Shown piece by piece: positions 11,450 to 20,694 of a stretch of DNA of 64,000 nt; the first letter of the stretch is position 1; each line of letters opens with the position of its first letter. Source of the DNA: Candidatus Omnitrophota bacterium (GTDB lineage Bacteria > Omnitrophota > Gorgyraeia > Zapsychrales > JAHFFX01); assembly GCA_023247725.1 (NCBI GenBank), contig JAHFFW010000003.1:704-64703 (forward strand). The letters run 5' to 3'. Position numbers and translations under genes: made by a program. The notes under the pieces were generated by a model that saw only the letters and a program-made list of their open reading frames with translations, was not told the DNA's origin and ran no database searches.

Positions 11450-12760
11450 ATGTCAGCGACCAACGGAAAATCTATAACTTTATCCTCCAAACTGCAAGAT
11501 ATCGACTTCGGCACCAAAGCGAGCGTCCCAGGATGGTTGCGCCAGCTGCGCTGCGAAGGACGAGAACGATTTAACCAGATGGGGATCCCCAGCGTCAAGG
11601 ATGAGGAGTGGAAATATACGAATGTAACGCCCTTAGCCGAGCGCCAATTCCATTTTCCCATGGAGTTCGCACTCAAAGAAAAGGCACTGCTCAAGCATTA
11701 CCTCAATCCTCAAGAAACCAATATTGTTCTGGTCAATGGCGTTTACTCGGAAGAATTCTCCAATGTGAAGAATCTGGTGAAGGGATTAACCGTAACCAAT
11801 CTCACCGTTCAGGCTGACAATGCTCAGTTGAAAAAACTCATTAATCTTTTTCCTTCCACCTATCCGGATGTCTTTGCTGCTTTAAACAATGCTTTACTTC
11901 AGGAAGGGATCTTTATTCAAATTGATGATGCTACGGTCGTCCAAAAGGTTATTCACGTGGTGCATGTGGCAAACCCAACCAATCATGACACCATCATTGT
12001 GCCGCGGACATTGATCTCCATCGGCAAATCGGCACAGGTTGACATTCTGGAAAGCCATGTAGGTTTTTCATCGGGAGCTTATTTCGCCAATGCCCTCACC
12101 GACATTTTGATTAAAGAAAACGCAGCGGCTCATTATTGCAAGGCCCAGGCCGAAAGCAAAGGCGCCTATCATATTGGGTCGACCCGGATTTGGCAGAAGC
12201 GCGATAGCAATTTAGAAACTTTTTCTTTAACGGTCGGTGGAACTTTGACGAGAAATAATTTGAATATTATTTTGGAAGAACCCGGAACAACCACATTTCT
12301 CCATGGACTTTACACCATGAAGGAGGAGCAGCATGTGGACAACCATACCTGTGTGGAGCACCGTGCCCCGAACTGCACCAGCAACCAGCTTTATAAAGGA
12401 ATCTTGGACCAGCACTCGCGGGCGGTCTTTAACGGCAAGATTATTGTCAGCCGGGAAGCGCAACAAACCAATTCCTATCAACTGAATAAAAATCTCATGT
12501 TGGGCTCTGATTGCCGGATTGATACGAAACCCCAGCTCGAGATTTTTGCCGATGATGTCAAATGCACGCACGGCGCCACGATCGGACAGCTCAACGAGGA
12601 TGAAATCTTCTATTTGAAATCCCGAAATATTCCCCAAGATCTAGCGGTAAGAATACTGGCTCGGGGATTCGTCGATGATATCCTCAACCGTCTTCCCAAT
12701 CAATCCATTTGCGAAAAGCTCAATCAATTGCTGTCCTCGGCCATTGACGTTTTAAAGTAA
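11450..12760 (+). CDS. sufD: Fe-S cluster assembly protein SufD
   Basis: EEWKYTN, KPQLEIFADDVKCTHGATIG; operon position. Confidence 0.96.
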   Translation: MSATNGKSITLSSKLQDIDFGTKASVPGWLRQLRCEGRERFNQMGIPSVKDEEWKYTNVTPLAERQFHFPMEFALKEKALLKHYLNPQETNIVLVNGVYSEEFSNVKNLVKGLTVTNLTVQADNAQLKKLINLFPSTYPDVFAALNNALLQEGIFIQIDDATVVQKVIHVVHVANPTNHDTIIVPRTLISIGKSAQVDILESHVGFSSGAYFANALTDILIKENAAAHYCKAQAESKGAYHIGSTRIWQKRDSNLETFSLTVGGTLTRNNLNIILEEPGTTTFLHGLYTMKEEQHVDNHTCVEHRAPNCTSNQLYKGILDQHSRAVFNGKIIVSREAQQTNSYQLNKNLMLGSDCRIDTKPQLEIFADDVKCTHGATIGQLNEDEIFYLKSRNIPQDLAVRILARGFVDDILNRLPNQSICEKLNQLLSSAIDVLK

Positions 12761-12777
12761 TCGGTCCTCCTCAAACG

Positions 12778-14010
12778 ATGAAGACCCGCACCGCATTTCC
12801 CATTGATGTGATCCGCAAGGATTTTCCGAATCTGTCGGTAACAATTCACGGCAAGCCTCTCGTGTATTTGGACAATGCGGCGACAACGATGAAACCGCGA
12901 ACGGTTCTGAACGCCTTGAAACGTTTCTATGAAAACGAGAATTCCAACATCCATCGGGGGGTCCATCATTTGAGCCAGGTGGCCACGGAGGATTATGAGG
13001 CGACCCGCGATAAGATTCGCGACTTTACCAATGCCCGCCATCGCCAGGAAATCATTTTTACCAAAGGCGCCACCGAGGCCATTAATCTGGTTGCCCAAAG
13101 TTACGGCCGGACTTTTTTAAACAAAGGCGATGAGATCATTATCTCCCACATGGAACATCATTCCAATATTGTTCCCTGGCAGATGCTCTGTCAGGAAAAG
13201 AGATGTGTTCTCAAGGTGGCACCCATCAATGATCAGGGCGAGCTCATCTTTGCCGAATATGAAAAGCTTTTATCAGAGCGCACGAAAATTGTGTCTATGG
13301 TTCATATATCGAATTCCTTGGGGACCATCAATCCGGCTAAGGATATCATCGCTGCGGCGCATCAATACAAAGCCAAGGTTCTCATTGACGGCGCGCAATC
13401 GATCAATCATAAAAAAATCGATGTCCAAGATCTGGACTGTGATTTCTTTGTTTTCTCCGGACATAAATTATTTGCTCCCACGGGAACCGGTGTTCTTTAT
13501 GGCAAGTTGGAAATACTGGACGCCATGCCGCCGTGGCAGGGGGGAGGAGACATGATCGCCTCCGTCACCTTTGAAAAAACGACCTACAATACTTTACCCA
13601 ATCGCCTCGAAGCCGGAACTCCACATATTGCTGGGGTAATTGGTCTGGGTGCGGCGATTGATTACGTCCATTCCATCGGGATCGATGCCATAGAGGAATA
13701 TGAACACGAGCTTCTCCAATACGGGACAAAGGCCCTGACTGCGATTCCGAGGTTGCGCCTCATTGGAACGGCAAGAGACAAAGCCGCCATTTTGTCTTTT
13801 GTCTTGCCCAATGTGCACCCCCATGACGTCGGAACGTTGGTCGACCAGGACGGGATTGCTATTCGAACGGGTCACCATTGCACCATGCCCTTGATGAAAC
13901 GGTTCAATGTTCCGGCGACATCTCGGGCTTCCTTGAGTTTTTATAACACAAAACAAGAACTGGACAAGCTTGTGGCTTCTATCCGACGAGTTAAGGAAAT
14001 CTTTCCATGA
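12778..14010 (+). CDS. sufS: cysteine desulfurase SufS
   Basis: YLDNAAT, MEHHSNIVPW, PLP lysine in FSGHK, RTGHHC. Confidence 0.97.
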   Translation: MKTRTAFPIDVIRKDFPNLSVTIHGKPLVYLDNAATTMKPRTVLNALKRFYENENSNIHRGVHHLSQVATEDYEATRDKIRDFTNARHRQEIIFTKGATEAINLVAQSYGRTFLNKGDEIIISHMEHHSNIVPWQMLCQEKRCVLKVAPINDQGELIFAEYEKLLSERTKIVSMVHISNSLGTINPAKDIIAAAHQYKAKVLIDGAQSINHKKIDVQDLDCDFFVFSGHKLFAPTGTGVLYGKLEILDAMPPWQGGGDMIASVTFEKTTYNTLPNRLEAGTPHIAGVIGLGAAIDYVHSIGIDAIEEYEHELLQYGTKALTAIPRLRLIGTARDKAAILSFVLPNVHPHDVGTLVDQDGIAIRTGHHCTMPLMKRFNVPATSRASLSFYNTKQELDKLVASIRRVKEIFP

Positions 14011-14474
14011 CCGAACCCATCGACATCCGCGCCGACCTTTATCAGGAAATCATCCTCGAGCACAACAAAAAGCCGCGCAATTTTAAGGTCATGGATCACC
14101 CAACGCATTTCGCTGAAGGCTATAATCCCTTATGCGGGGATCATTTGACTGTTTATTTGAAAGTGGATCCAGAAGGAACCATCGAAGATGTTTCATTTCA
14201 GGGTTCGGGCTGCGCGATTTCGCAGGCATCCGCATCCTTGATGACAACCTCCATCAAAGGCAAGAAGGTCAAGGAAGCGGAAATTCTTTTTGATCAATTC
14301 CATCGGTTGGTCACCTGCGCGCTTGATCCAAAGAAAGATCCTCATCAACTGGGCAAATTGACCATCTTCACCAACATCTGGCATTATCCGGCCCGCGTCA
14401 AATGTGCGAGCTTATCCTGGCATGCGATGCACGGGGCTTTGAATAAAGTTCAGAAAGTTTCGACCGAAGAATAA
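14007..14474 (+). CDS. sufU: SUF system NifU-family protein SufU
   Basis: NPLCGD, GCAISQASAS, RVKCASL. Confidence 0.95.
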   Translation: MTEPIDIRADLYQEIILEHNKKPRNFKVMDHPTHFAEGYNPLCGDHLTVYLKVDPEGTIEDVSFQGSGCAISQASASLMTTSIKGKKVKEAEILFDQFHRLVTCALDPKKDPHQLGKLTIFTNIWHYPARVKCASLSWHAMHGALNKVQKVSTEE

Positions 14475-14477
14475 TTG

Positions 14478-14508
14478 GTGACTCGTCGTCCGTGACCTGT
14501 GGCGCGTC
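14478..14508 (+). repeat. single arm of GTGRCYC-type heptamer repeat
   Basis: GTGACTC GTCGTCC GTGACCT GTGGCGC GTC, starting 3 nt after the sufU stop. Confidence 0.7.
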
Positions 14509-14532
14509 AAATTAGAAGTGATCAATCATTTT

Positions 14533-15567
14533 ATGAATTGTCCAAACTTAATCAACCCCATCAGAGACACGTTCGGCCGTCCGCTTCACGATCTGCGCAT
14601 CTCGGTCATTGATCGCTGCAATCTGCGCTGCAACTATTGCATGCCTGCCGAAGACTCCCATAAGTCTTACAATTTTCTGAAAAAACCCGAGTGGCTCACA
14701 TTCGCGGAAATTACTCGCCTGGCCAAAATTTTTATTTCTTTAGGAGTCGTCAAACTTCGCCTCACCGGTGGAGAACCTTTGCTGCGTCCAGGTCTTCCGG
14801 ATTTGGTTCGGCAATTGAGTGCTTTATCCGGCGTCGAAGATTTGGCTTTAACGACCAATGGAATTCTTTTAAGTGAACTCGCCAGCGAACTACAAAGAGC
14901 CGGCCTCAAGCGCCTGACCGTGAGCTTAGATTCCCTGGATGATGAAATCTTTCGTCGAATGAATGGAAACAAAGGCCATGCTTCCGAGGTCCTCGCTGGA
15001 ATTGAAGCGGCGCAGAAAGCCGGCTTTACTCCGATCAAGATCAATTGCGTTGTCCAGAAAGGTGTGAACGATCACACGATCATCCATCTCGTTCGGTATT
15101 GTAAAAAGGCGGGCCATATCTTGCGGCTCATCGAATATATGGATGTCGGCAATCAAAATGGCTGGAGGTTAGAGAACGTGGTTCCGTCGCGGGAATTGGC
15201 GGAGGTGATCGGCCGGAAAATTTCCCTTGTTCGCTTAAACGCCCATTATCGGGGAGAAGTGGCCCTGCGCTATGGATTTGCCGATGGATCAGGCGAGATC
15301 GGATTTATCTCGTCGGTCACTCAACCATTCTGTTCTACCTGCAATCGGGCCCGGATTTCGACGGATGGAAAACTGTATACCTGTTTATTCGGATGGAAAG
15401 GAACTGACTTGCGCAAACTTCTCAGAGAAGGAGCCTCCGATATAGAACTAAGAGATATCATTGCGCAGACTTGGCAAAAGCGAGAGGACCGCTATTCGGA
15501 ATTAAGATCGAAGCTCATCCAAAATCCTCATCCGCCTAAAATTGAAATGTTTCAAATTGGCGGATAA
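14533..15567 (+). CDS. moaA: GTP 3',8-cyclase (alternative GTG start at 14518)
   Basis: LRISVIDRCNLRCNYCMP, FCSTCNRAR...C, C-terminal IGG. Confidence 0.96.
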   Translation: MNCPNLINPIRDTFGRPLHDLRISVIDRCNLRCNYCMPAEDSHKSYNFLKKPEWLTFAEITRLAKIFISLGVVKLRLTGGEPLLRPGLPDLVRQLSALSGVEDLALTTNGILLSELASELQRAGLKRLTVSLDSLDDEIFRRMNGNKGHASEVLAGIEAAQKAGFTPIKINCVVQKGVNDHTIIHLVRYCKKAGHILRLIEYMDVGNQNGWRLENVVPSRELAEVIGRKISLVRLNAHYRGEVALRYGFADGSGEIGFISSVTQPFCSTCNRARISTDGKLYTCLFGWKGTDLRKLLREGASDIELRDIIAQTWQKREDRYSELRSKLIQNPHPPKIEMFQIGG

Positions 15568-15570
15568 GGT

Positions 15571-16530
15571 CTACCAAATCGCTGACTGCTCCTCCTGAGG
15601 CTTGCCCAGAAAATCCCCCACAAATCTTACCTCCCGCACCAAATCCAAATCGAATTTTTCTTTCACAAGACGCTTCATCTGCAAATGCAAATCAAAGACA
15701 TCCTGCGCGCGGCAGCCCTTGCCCTTGACGATGATGTTCGCATGTTTAGGAAAAATATAAGCACCCCCGACGGATAAATCCTTGCCGCCGGCCTGGTCTA
15801 AAAACCATCCGGCGGCCTGGCGTTTGCCGGCGCTGGAGGTGGGTTCAATATTACGAAAGAACGATCCGGCACAAGGATATTCTTTAAGATCAGGGTGCTT
15901 TTCTTTCCGAGTGGCCAGGATCTCCTGACGTTCGTGCATCATTTGAAAAGAATGCCCCTGCTTTAATCCGAAAACCGTCTCGACCACAATATCACCGGTT
16001 TCTTTTAATCTCGAATGGCGGTAACTGAAACCACATTCACCCGGACCATATTTTTTCTCCTGCCCTTGCCGCGTGATCACGGTCACTTCTTTCATCATAT
16101 CGCCGACCTGTTTGCCAAAGGCGCCCGCATTGCCAACGATGGCGCCGCCAACAGTCCCGGGAATTCCCGAGGTATAGGTCAAGCCTTCGAGCCCTTCATT
16201 GATCGCAAAAAGGGCCAGGCTATCAAGAGACGTGGAACCGCTGACGAGAAGATCATAGCCTTGCCGCTCAATCAAAGGAGTCGGAGAACAGTAACGCACG
16301 ACGATACAATCAAGGCCTCGGTCGGAAATGACCAGATTGGAACCGCCGCCGATCAAAATAAACGGGAGTTTTTCCTCCAGCAATTGCCTGACGACGGACC
16401 GTAATTGTGCCGGGGCTTGACAGAGAATGAGCCTCGGGCAAGGACCGCCCAATTGGAAGGTTGTATAATCACTGAGTTTCGCTTGGGGAAGGATGCCGAC
16501 CTGAAGATCACCAAAACCCTTGGCCGTCAT
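15571..16530 (-). CDS. murB: UDP-N-acetylenolpyruvoylglucosamine reductase
   Basis: GGGSNL, GIPGTVGGA, NAGAFG, FSYRHS, AGSFFRN, HANII. Confidence 0.93.
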   Translation of the reverse strand: MTAKGFGDLQVGILPQAKLSDYTTFQLGGPCPRLILCQAPAQLRSVVRQLLEEKLPFILIGGGSNLVISDRGLDCIVVRYCSPTPLIERQGYDLLVSGSTSLDSLALFAINEGLEGLTYTSGIPGTVGGAIVGNAGAFGKQVGDMMKEVTVITRQGQEKKYGPGECGFSYRHSRLKETGDIVVETVFGLKQGHSFQMMHERQEILATRKEKHPDLKEYPCAGSFFRNIEPTSSAGKRQAAGWFLDQAGGKDLSVGGAYIFPKHANIIVKGKGCRAQDVFDLHLQMKRLVKEKFDLDLVREVRFVGDFLGKPQEEQSAIW

Positions 16531-16739
16531 GCCGTATCTTTCACGTATAAAGGTTGGCCTTCTTCAAATCGGGCGAGTAAATACAAAAAATCCGATAAAC
16601 GATTGAACCAAACGATCAGTTGAGGAATGGGCGTTTTCGCTGCGAGACGGGATGAATTTTGGGGAACCGCTTCGCCGGAAAAAAGCTGGGAGGATCCCTG
16701 ATCCCTGGTTTGCGTTGTAATGGGTTTGACCTTTGACAT
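16527..16739 (-). pseudogene. PduO-type cob(I)alamin adenosyltransferase relic with a large in-frame internal deletion
   Basis: N-terminal ITTQTRDQGSSQLFSG..V...SSRL resembles IYTxTGDxGxTxLxxGxRVxK; it is joined directly to the C-terminal NRLSDFLYLLAR; only 70 aa. Confidence 0.8.
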
Positions 16740-16751
16740 GCTGGCCTTTCC

Positions 16752-17270
16752 TTATTTCTTCAAAACCGCAGGGGAATTTCGCTTTTGACGAGGAGTGTGC
16801 CCGATTCGTCTGCGGACAATGGTGTGGGAATGCGTATGATCATTTCTTGATCCAGAACACTCCGTGCAAATAACCCACGCCGATTGCCGGTTGAGGTAAT
16901 ACTCTTTTTTCCAAATGGGGAGCCGCATTTTGATGTTATCAATGATATAACGGCAGGCCGCAAAGGCATCTTGCCGGTGCGCCGAGGTGACCCCAACCCA
17001 CACCGCCATGTCTCCTACCGCTAACTTTCCGACGCGATGAACGCATTTGGCCTTGAGGATGGGAAACTTTTTTTTCACTTCCTGAAAAATCGCTTCGGCT
17101 TCCTTGGCACACAATTCCGGGAAAGCCTCGTATAGAAGTCCGGATACGCGCTTGCCTTCATTGTGATCGCGCACCCAGCCTTCGAAGATGGCTAATGCGC
17201 CAGCCCGAGGAGAACGCAAGGATTCTTTAAGTTTGGCTCCCTCTAAAGGTTGAGGAGAAAGGGAAAACAT
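16752..17270 (-). CDS. moaE: molybdopterin synthase catalytic subunit with a C-terminal extension
   Basis: FEGWVRDHNEG, HRVGKL, SAHRQDAF, PIWKKE. Confidence 0.93.
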   Translation of the reverse strand: MFSLSPQPLEGAKLKESLRSPRAGALAIFEGWVRDHNEGKRVSGLLYEAFPELCAKEAEAIFQEVKKKFPILKAKCVHRVGKLAVGDMAVWVGVTSAHRQDAFAACRYIIDNIKMRLPIWKKEYYLNRQSAWVICTECSGSRNDHTHSHTIVRRRIGHTPRQKRNSPAVLKK

Positions 17271-17280
17271 GGGAATGATA

Positions 17281-17326
17281 AAAGTGTTAAGTGTTACTTG
17301 TCACTTGAAACTCTACACTCAAAAAC
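17281..17326. repeat. AAGTGTT-family heptamer inverted repeat (empty)
   Basis: AAGTGTT AAGTGTT ... CACTTGA AACTCTA CACTCAA; overlaps the ferredoxin stop codon. Confidence 0.75.
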
Positions 17327-17573
17327 TCGCCTTCACCACGCCGCCCACAATCACGCACTGACAACCCAGGCGGTGGGTTCGATCCATCGCCAAATCCTTT
17401 TCTTCCTGGTTCAATTCTCCCAGATTGTCTTGGCCTTCCAAGATATTGATCTGGCAGGTGCCGCAAACACCTGAGTTGCAGGAGAAGGGAACGCCGGCCT
17501 TTTCGCAAATCACGTCCAGTCTTGTTCCCTCCGGGATTTCGTATTCGATGTTGTCGATGATGAATTTGGCCAT
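17319..17573 (-). CDS. 2Fe-2S ferredoxin
   Basis: FSCNSGVCGTC...RLGCQC. Confidence 0.93.
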   Translation of the reverse strand: MAKFIIDNIEYEIPEGTRLDVICEKAGVPFSCNSGVCGTCQINILEGQDNLGELNQEEKDLAMDRTHRLGCQCVIVGGVVKASF

Positions 17574-17579
17574 TGGATT

Positions 17580-17612
17580 CAGTGTAAAGTGTTAAGTGAA
17601 AAGTGTTAAGAG
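17580..17612. repeat. AAGTGTT-family heptamer arm (left)
   Basis: CAGTGTA AAGTGTT AAGTGAA AAGTGTT AAGAG; reverse-complement match to 17828-17860. Confidence 0.9.
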
Positions 17613-17619
17613 GAAACCC

Positions 17620-17767
17620 TTAATGATCGAGGCACTTGCCTAAACTAAAAACCATTTTGCATACTTCAACACATCAATGTTACGGTAAAGATTTCGTTCG
17701 TGAAGTCGAGGGTTTTTTGATAAACCTTTAATTTTTCAAAATCAAATTCAAAATCGTTTTGAGTCAT
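17620..17767 (-). pseudogene. four-helix-bundle (23S rRNA IVP / Avd-like) protein relic with its centre deleted
   Basis: Not in the ORF track. RBS AAGGAGG, then MTQNDFEFDFEKLKVYQKTLDFTNEIFTVT; in another frame CVEVCKMVFSLGKCLDH-stop. These match the family's FEKLxVYQKA start and ExxKMLxxL end. Confidence 0.8.
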
Positions 17768-17814
17768 GCTTCCTCCTTTGACTGATTGTCTGTCCAGTTG
17801 AAATGGGAAAACCG

Positions 17815-17860
17815 AACACTCAAAACACTTTTAACACTTAACACTTGGCACTTTACACTA
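17815..17860. repeat. AAGTGTT-family heptamer arm (right)
   Basis: AACACTC ... AACACTT AACACTT GGCACTT TACACTA; the terminal CTA is the ispH stop codon on the minus strand. Confidence 0.9.
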
Positions 17861-18778
17861 AACCATCGGCATCGGAAAGACGATATTTTTCTCCGGGTCA
17901 TCGAACTCATGCACAATCGCGTCCGGAGAAAACTCTTTGATCCTTTCAATCAATCGATCCACAATGACGCGAGGCACGGAAGCCCCGGAGGAGATGCCAA
18001 TGGTTTGTTTTCCCCTTAACCAGTCAAAATCCAATTCCTCCGCCGCGTCGATGATATGGCTCGGCACACCTTCTTGCTCACCGGTTTCTCGAAGGCGGTT
18101 GCTGTTGGATGAATTCGGAGATCCGCAGATGATGATGCAATCGCAAAATTTGGCCAGTTCCTTAACGGCATCCTGGCGGTTCTGAGTGGCATAGCAGATA
18201 TCTTCGCGAGGGGGAGCAACCAGATGAGGAAAACGTTTTTGCAATTTTTCAATTAACCCTTTGGTTTCGGTCACCGAGAGGGTGGTCTGGGTTAGGTAGC
18301 CAACGGATTTTTGCGGATCAATGGTAAGGGCGAGAATATCGTCTTCGTCCTCGACAATATGCAAAAGCTCCGGCGTCACGTACCCGGCTGTTCCAATCAG
18401 TTCCTGATGGCCTTTATGACCGATAAGAACAATTTCATAACCATTCTTGGAGAATTGAATCGCCTCGCGATGAACCTTATTCACCAGAGGACAAGTGGCA
18501 TCGATGTATTTGAGATTCTTGCGTTTGGCCTTCTCGATAACCTCCGGAGCCACGCCATGGGCACTAAAGATGACCCTTTCACCATCCGGAATCTGCGAAA
18601 GATCATCCACAAAAACAACCCCGCGCTTTTTAAAATCATTCACCACATAGGTATTATGAACGATCTCATGAAAAACGTAGAGGGGAGCCCCATATTTTTG
18701 CAGGACCGCTTCGACAATCTCGACCGCACTGGCAACGCCGGCGCAAAACCCCTGTGTCCTGGCCAAATAAATTTCCAC
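17858..18778 (-). CDS. ispH: 4-hydroxy-3-methylbut-2-enyl diphosphate reductase
   Basis: GFCAGV, HEIVHN, SAHGV, DATCPLV, DICYATQNRQ, NSSNSNRL. Confidence 0.97.
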   Translation of the reverse strand: MEIYLARTQGFCAGVASAVEIVEAVLQKYGAPLYVFHEIVHNTYVVNDFKKRGVVFVDDLSQIPDGERVIFSAHGVAPEVIEKAKRKNLKYIDATCPLVNKVHREAIQFSKNGYEIVLIGHKGHQELIGTAGYVTPELLHIVEDEDDILALTIDPQKSVGYLTQTTLSVTETKGLIEKLQKRFPHLVAPPREDICYATQNRQDAVKELAKFCDCIIICGSPNSSNSNRLRETGEQEGVPSHIIDAAEELDFDWLRGKQTIGISSGASVPRVIVDRLIERIKEFSPDAIVHEFDDPEKNIVFPMPMV

Positions 18779-18832
18779 TTCTAACTCCTTTTAAAATGAA
18801 GAAAAAGCCTCGAGGCATTGGCTGAATAACCA

Positions 18833-18861
18833 TTGAATTCCCTCGAGAATTTCTCTATAAT
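18833..18861 (+). promoter_or_regulatory. sigma70-type promoter for ispG in the divergent ispH/ispG spacer
   Basis: TTGAAT-17 bp-TATAAT; an opposite-strand TGnTATAAT at 18870-18878 could drive ispH. Confidence 0.55.
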
Positions 18862-18919
18862 TTTCGTAAATTATAACATTTTACCTTCTCATTTTGAATA
18901 CTATTTTAGACTAAGATCC

Positions 18920-20158
18920 ATGTCGAAATCACCCAGCCAGCTGCCACCACGTCGCAAAACTCCGAGTGTTCCCATAGGGCCTGTTCAATTGGGAAGTCAG
19001 CATCCGGTTGCCATCCAATCGATGACCGATACTCCGACCTCTGAGGTCGTCAAAACCCTTGAACAAACCGTTGAATTAATTGAAGCCGGCTCTGAGCTGG
19101 TTCGCTGGACGGTCAATGATGACGACGCGGCCAAGGCCGTTCCTCATATCATCCAGCGCCTGAGAGATCGCGGATTGAAGACTCCGATTATTGGTGATTT
19201 CCATTTTAATGGCCACACCCTTTTGGCCAAGTATCCGCAAACAGCTAAGACCTTGGATAAATACCGGATTAACCCCGGCAATGTGGGCCGCCGGGAAAGG
19301 CACGATGAGAATTTTGCCGAGATCATTCGTATCGCGATCGCCAACGGCAAGGCTGTGCGCATCGGCGTCAACTGGGGGTCGCTCGATCAAGAATTATTGA
19401 CAGAACTGATGAATAAAAATGCCCGACTAAGAAACCCCCAACCAGCCCGCGAGGTGACGATCGAGGCCATGATGCAATCCGGGTTACGAAGCGCCCAGTA
19501 CGCGCAAAAGCTTGGGCTTCCCAAAAACAAAATTGTCCTCAGCTGCAAAATGTCGGTTTTACAAGACATGGTCGAAGTTTATACAAAAATTGCCAGGCAA
19601 TGTGATTATGCGTTACACTTAGGTTTAACCGAAGCCGGCGGTGATATTCAAGGAATCGCGGCAAGTTCTGCCGCCCTCGCGATTTTATTGCAGCAGGGAA
19701 TCGGTGATACGATTCGGGTTTCTCTAACACCCCAGCCCAAGGTCAAACGCTCCCGAGAAGTGGAGGTCGCCAAGGCGATTCTCCAGGCCATGGGTTTGCG
19801 GTACTTCAAACCGAGCGTCACCAGCTGTCCTGGTTGTGGTCGCACCTCCAGCACTTACTTTCAAGACCTCGCTCAAGATATCAATGCCCACATCGGAGTC
19901 AAGATGTCGCAATGGCGACAACTATATCCAGGCGTAGAAAAGCTCAAAATCGCGGTGATGGGCTGTGTCGTCAATGGTCCCGGAGAATCCCGTCATGCGG
20001 ATATCGGCATCAGTTTACCAGGCATGAGTGAAAATCCAGTAGCCCCCGTTTATGTTGACGGGAAGGAATTTGTGGTTTTGCGCGGAGAACGGATCAAAGA
20101 TGAATTCATCAGTATTCTAGAAAAACACATTCAGAAAAAATTTGGGAATAATTTTTAA
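18920..20158 (+). CDS. ispG: (E)-4-hydroxy-3-methylbut-2-enyl-diphosphate synthase
   Basis: IQSMT, RINPGN, LHLGLTEAG, SCPGCGRT, AVMGCVVNGPGE. Confidence 0.97.
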   Translation: MSKSPSQLPPRRKTPSVPIGPVQLGSQHPVAIQSMTDTPTSEVVKTLEQTVELIEAGSELVRWTVNDDDAAKAVPHIIQRLRDRGLKTPIIGDFHFNGHTLLAKYPQTAKTLDKYRINPGNVGRRERHDENFAEIIRIAIANGKAVRIGVNWGSLDQELLTELMNKNARLRNPQPAREVTIEAMMQSGLRSAQYAQKLGLPKNKIVLSCKMSVLQDMVEVYTKIARQCDYALHLGLTEAGGDIQGIAASSAALAILLQQGIGDTIRVSLTPQPKVKRSREVEVAKAILQAMGLRYFKPSVTSCPGCGRTSSTYFQDLAQDINAHIGVKMSQWRQLYPGVEKLKIAVMGCVVNGPGESRHADIGISLPGMSENPVAPVYVDGKEFVVLRGERIKDEFISILEKHIQKKFGNNF

Positions 20159-20164
20159 AACACT

Positions 20165-20662
20165 ATGGTCTTAGCTAATAACTTTCAAGAGATTAATGAA
20201 TGGGACAAAAAGGCCTTTCGCTTAATGGCCTCAGATGTGGTTTTAGCCTCGTTGATGTTCATGGCGGCCTTGTCCGTCTGGTTATTCCAGGATCGTGCCA
20301 TCGATCACCTCTTTAAAATTTTTTTCTACATTGGTTTGGGAACCGCCCTCCTTTATGGCGGGAATCGCGCCAAAATCTATTTGATATATTTTGCTCTCGG
20401 AAATTTCTTCTACGATCTTTGGGATGCGATTCCTTATGCGGATTCCATCTCTATCCTCCAATCGATTGTCATCAATGGGATCATTGTTGCTTTTTGTCTG
20501 AAATCTTTCACAAAACAGCAGATGTTTCCTTTCGTGATCGTGTATACGTTAGCTCTCTATTTGCTGCCGGCCGTTGGGCTTCCTTTCATCAATCGCCCAT
20601 ACAAAGATGTCAAAAATCCTATACCGAAAAGGAAATCCAATTTATTCAAAGCCGTGGACTAA
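20165..20662 (+). CDS. hypothetical multi-pass membrane protein
   Basis: About 5 hydrophobic segments. Confidence 0.65.
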   Translation: MVLANNFQEINEWDKKAFRLMASDVVLASLMFMAALSVWLFQDRAIDHLFKIFFYIGLGTALLYGGNRAKIYLIYFALGNFFYDLWDAIPYADSISILQSIVINGIIVAFCLKSFTKQQMFPFVIVYTLALYLLPAVGLPFINRPYKDVKNPIPKRKSNLFKAVD

Positions 20663-20694
20663 AACAAATTTCTACCCATGAGGGAGAACTTTTG

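Noticed and set aside
16760-16843. MIIRIPTPL... in an alternate frame of the moaE tail as a MoaD/ThiS relic
   Set aside because: Only about 9 residues resemble the family, with no C-terminal GG and no clear RBS; could be chance.
17620-17767. Avd-like relic as part of a diversity-generating retroelement
   Set aside because: I saw no reverse transcriptase and no TR/VR pair differing at adenines in the window.
17281-17860. Heptamer repeats as a CRISPR array
   Set aside because: Units are 7 nt, tandem and inverted, without 25-45-nt unique spacers between identical repeats; no cas genes.
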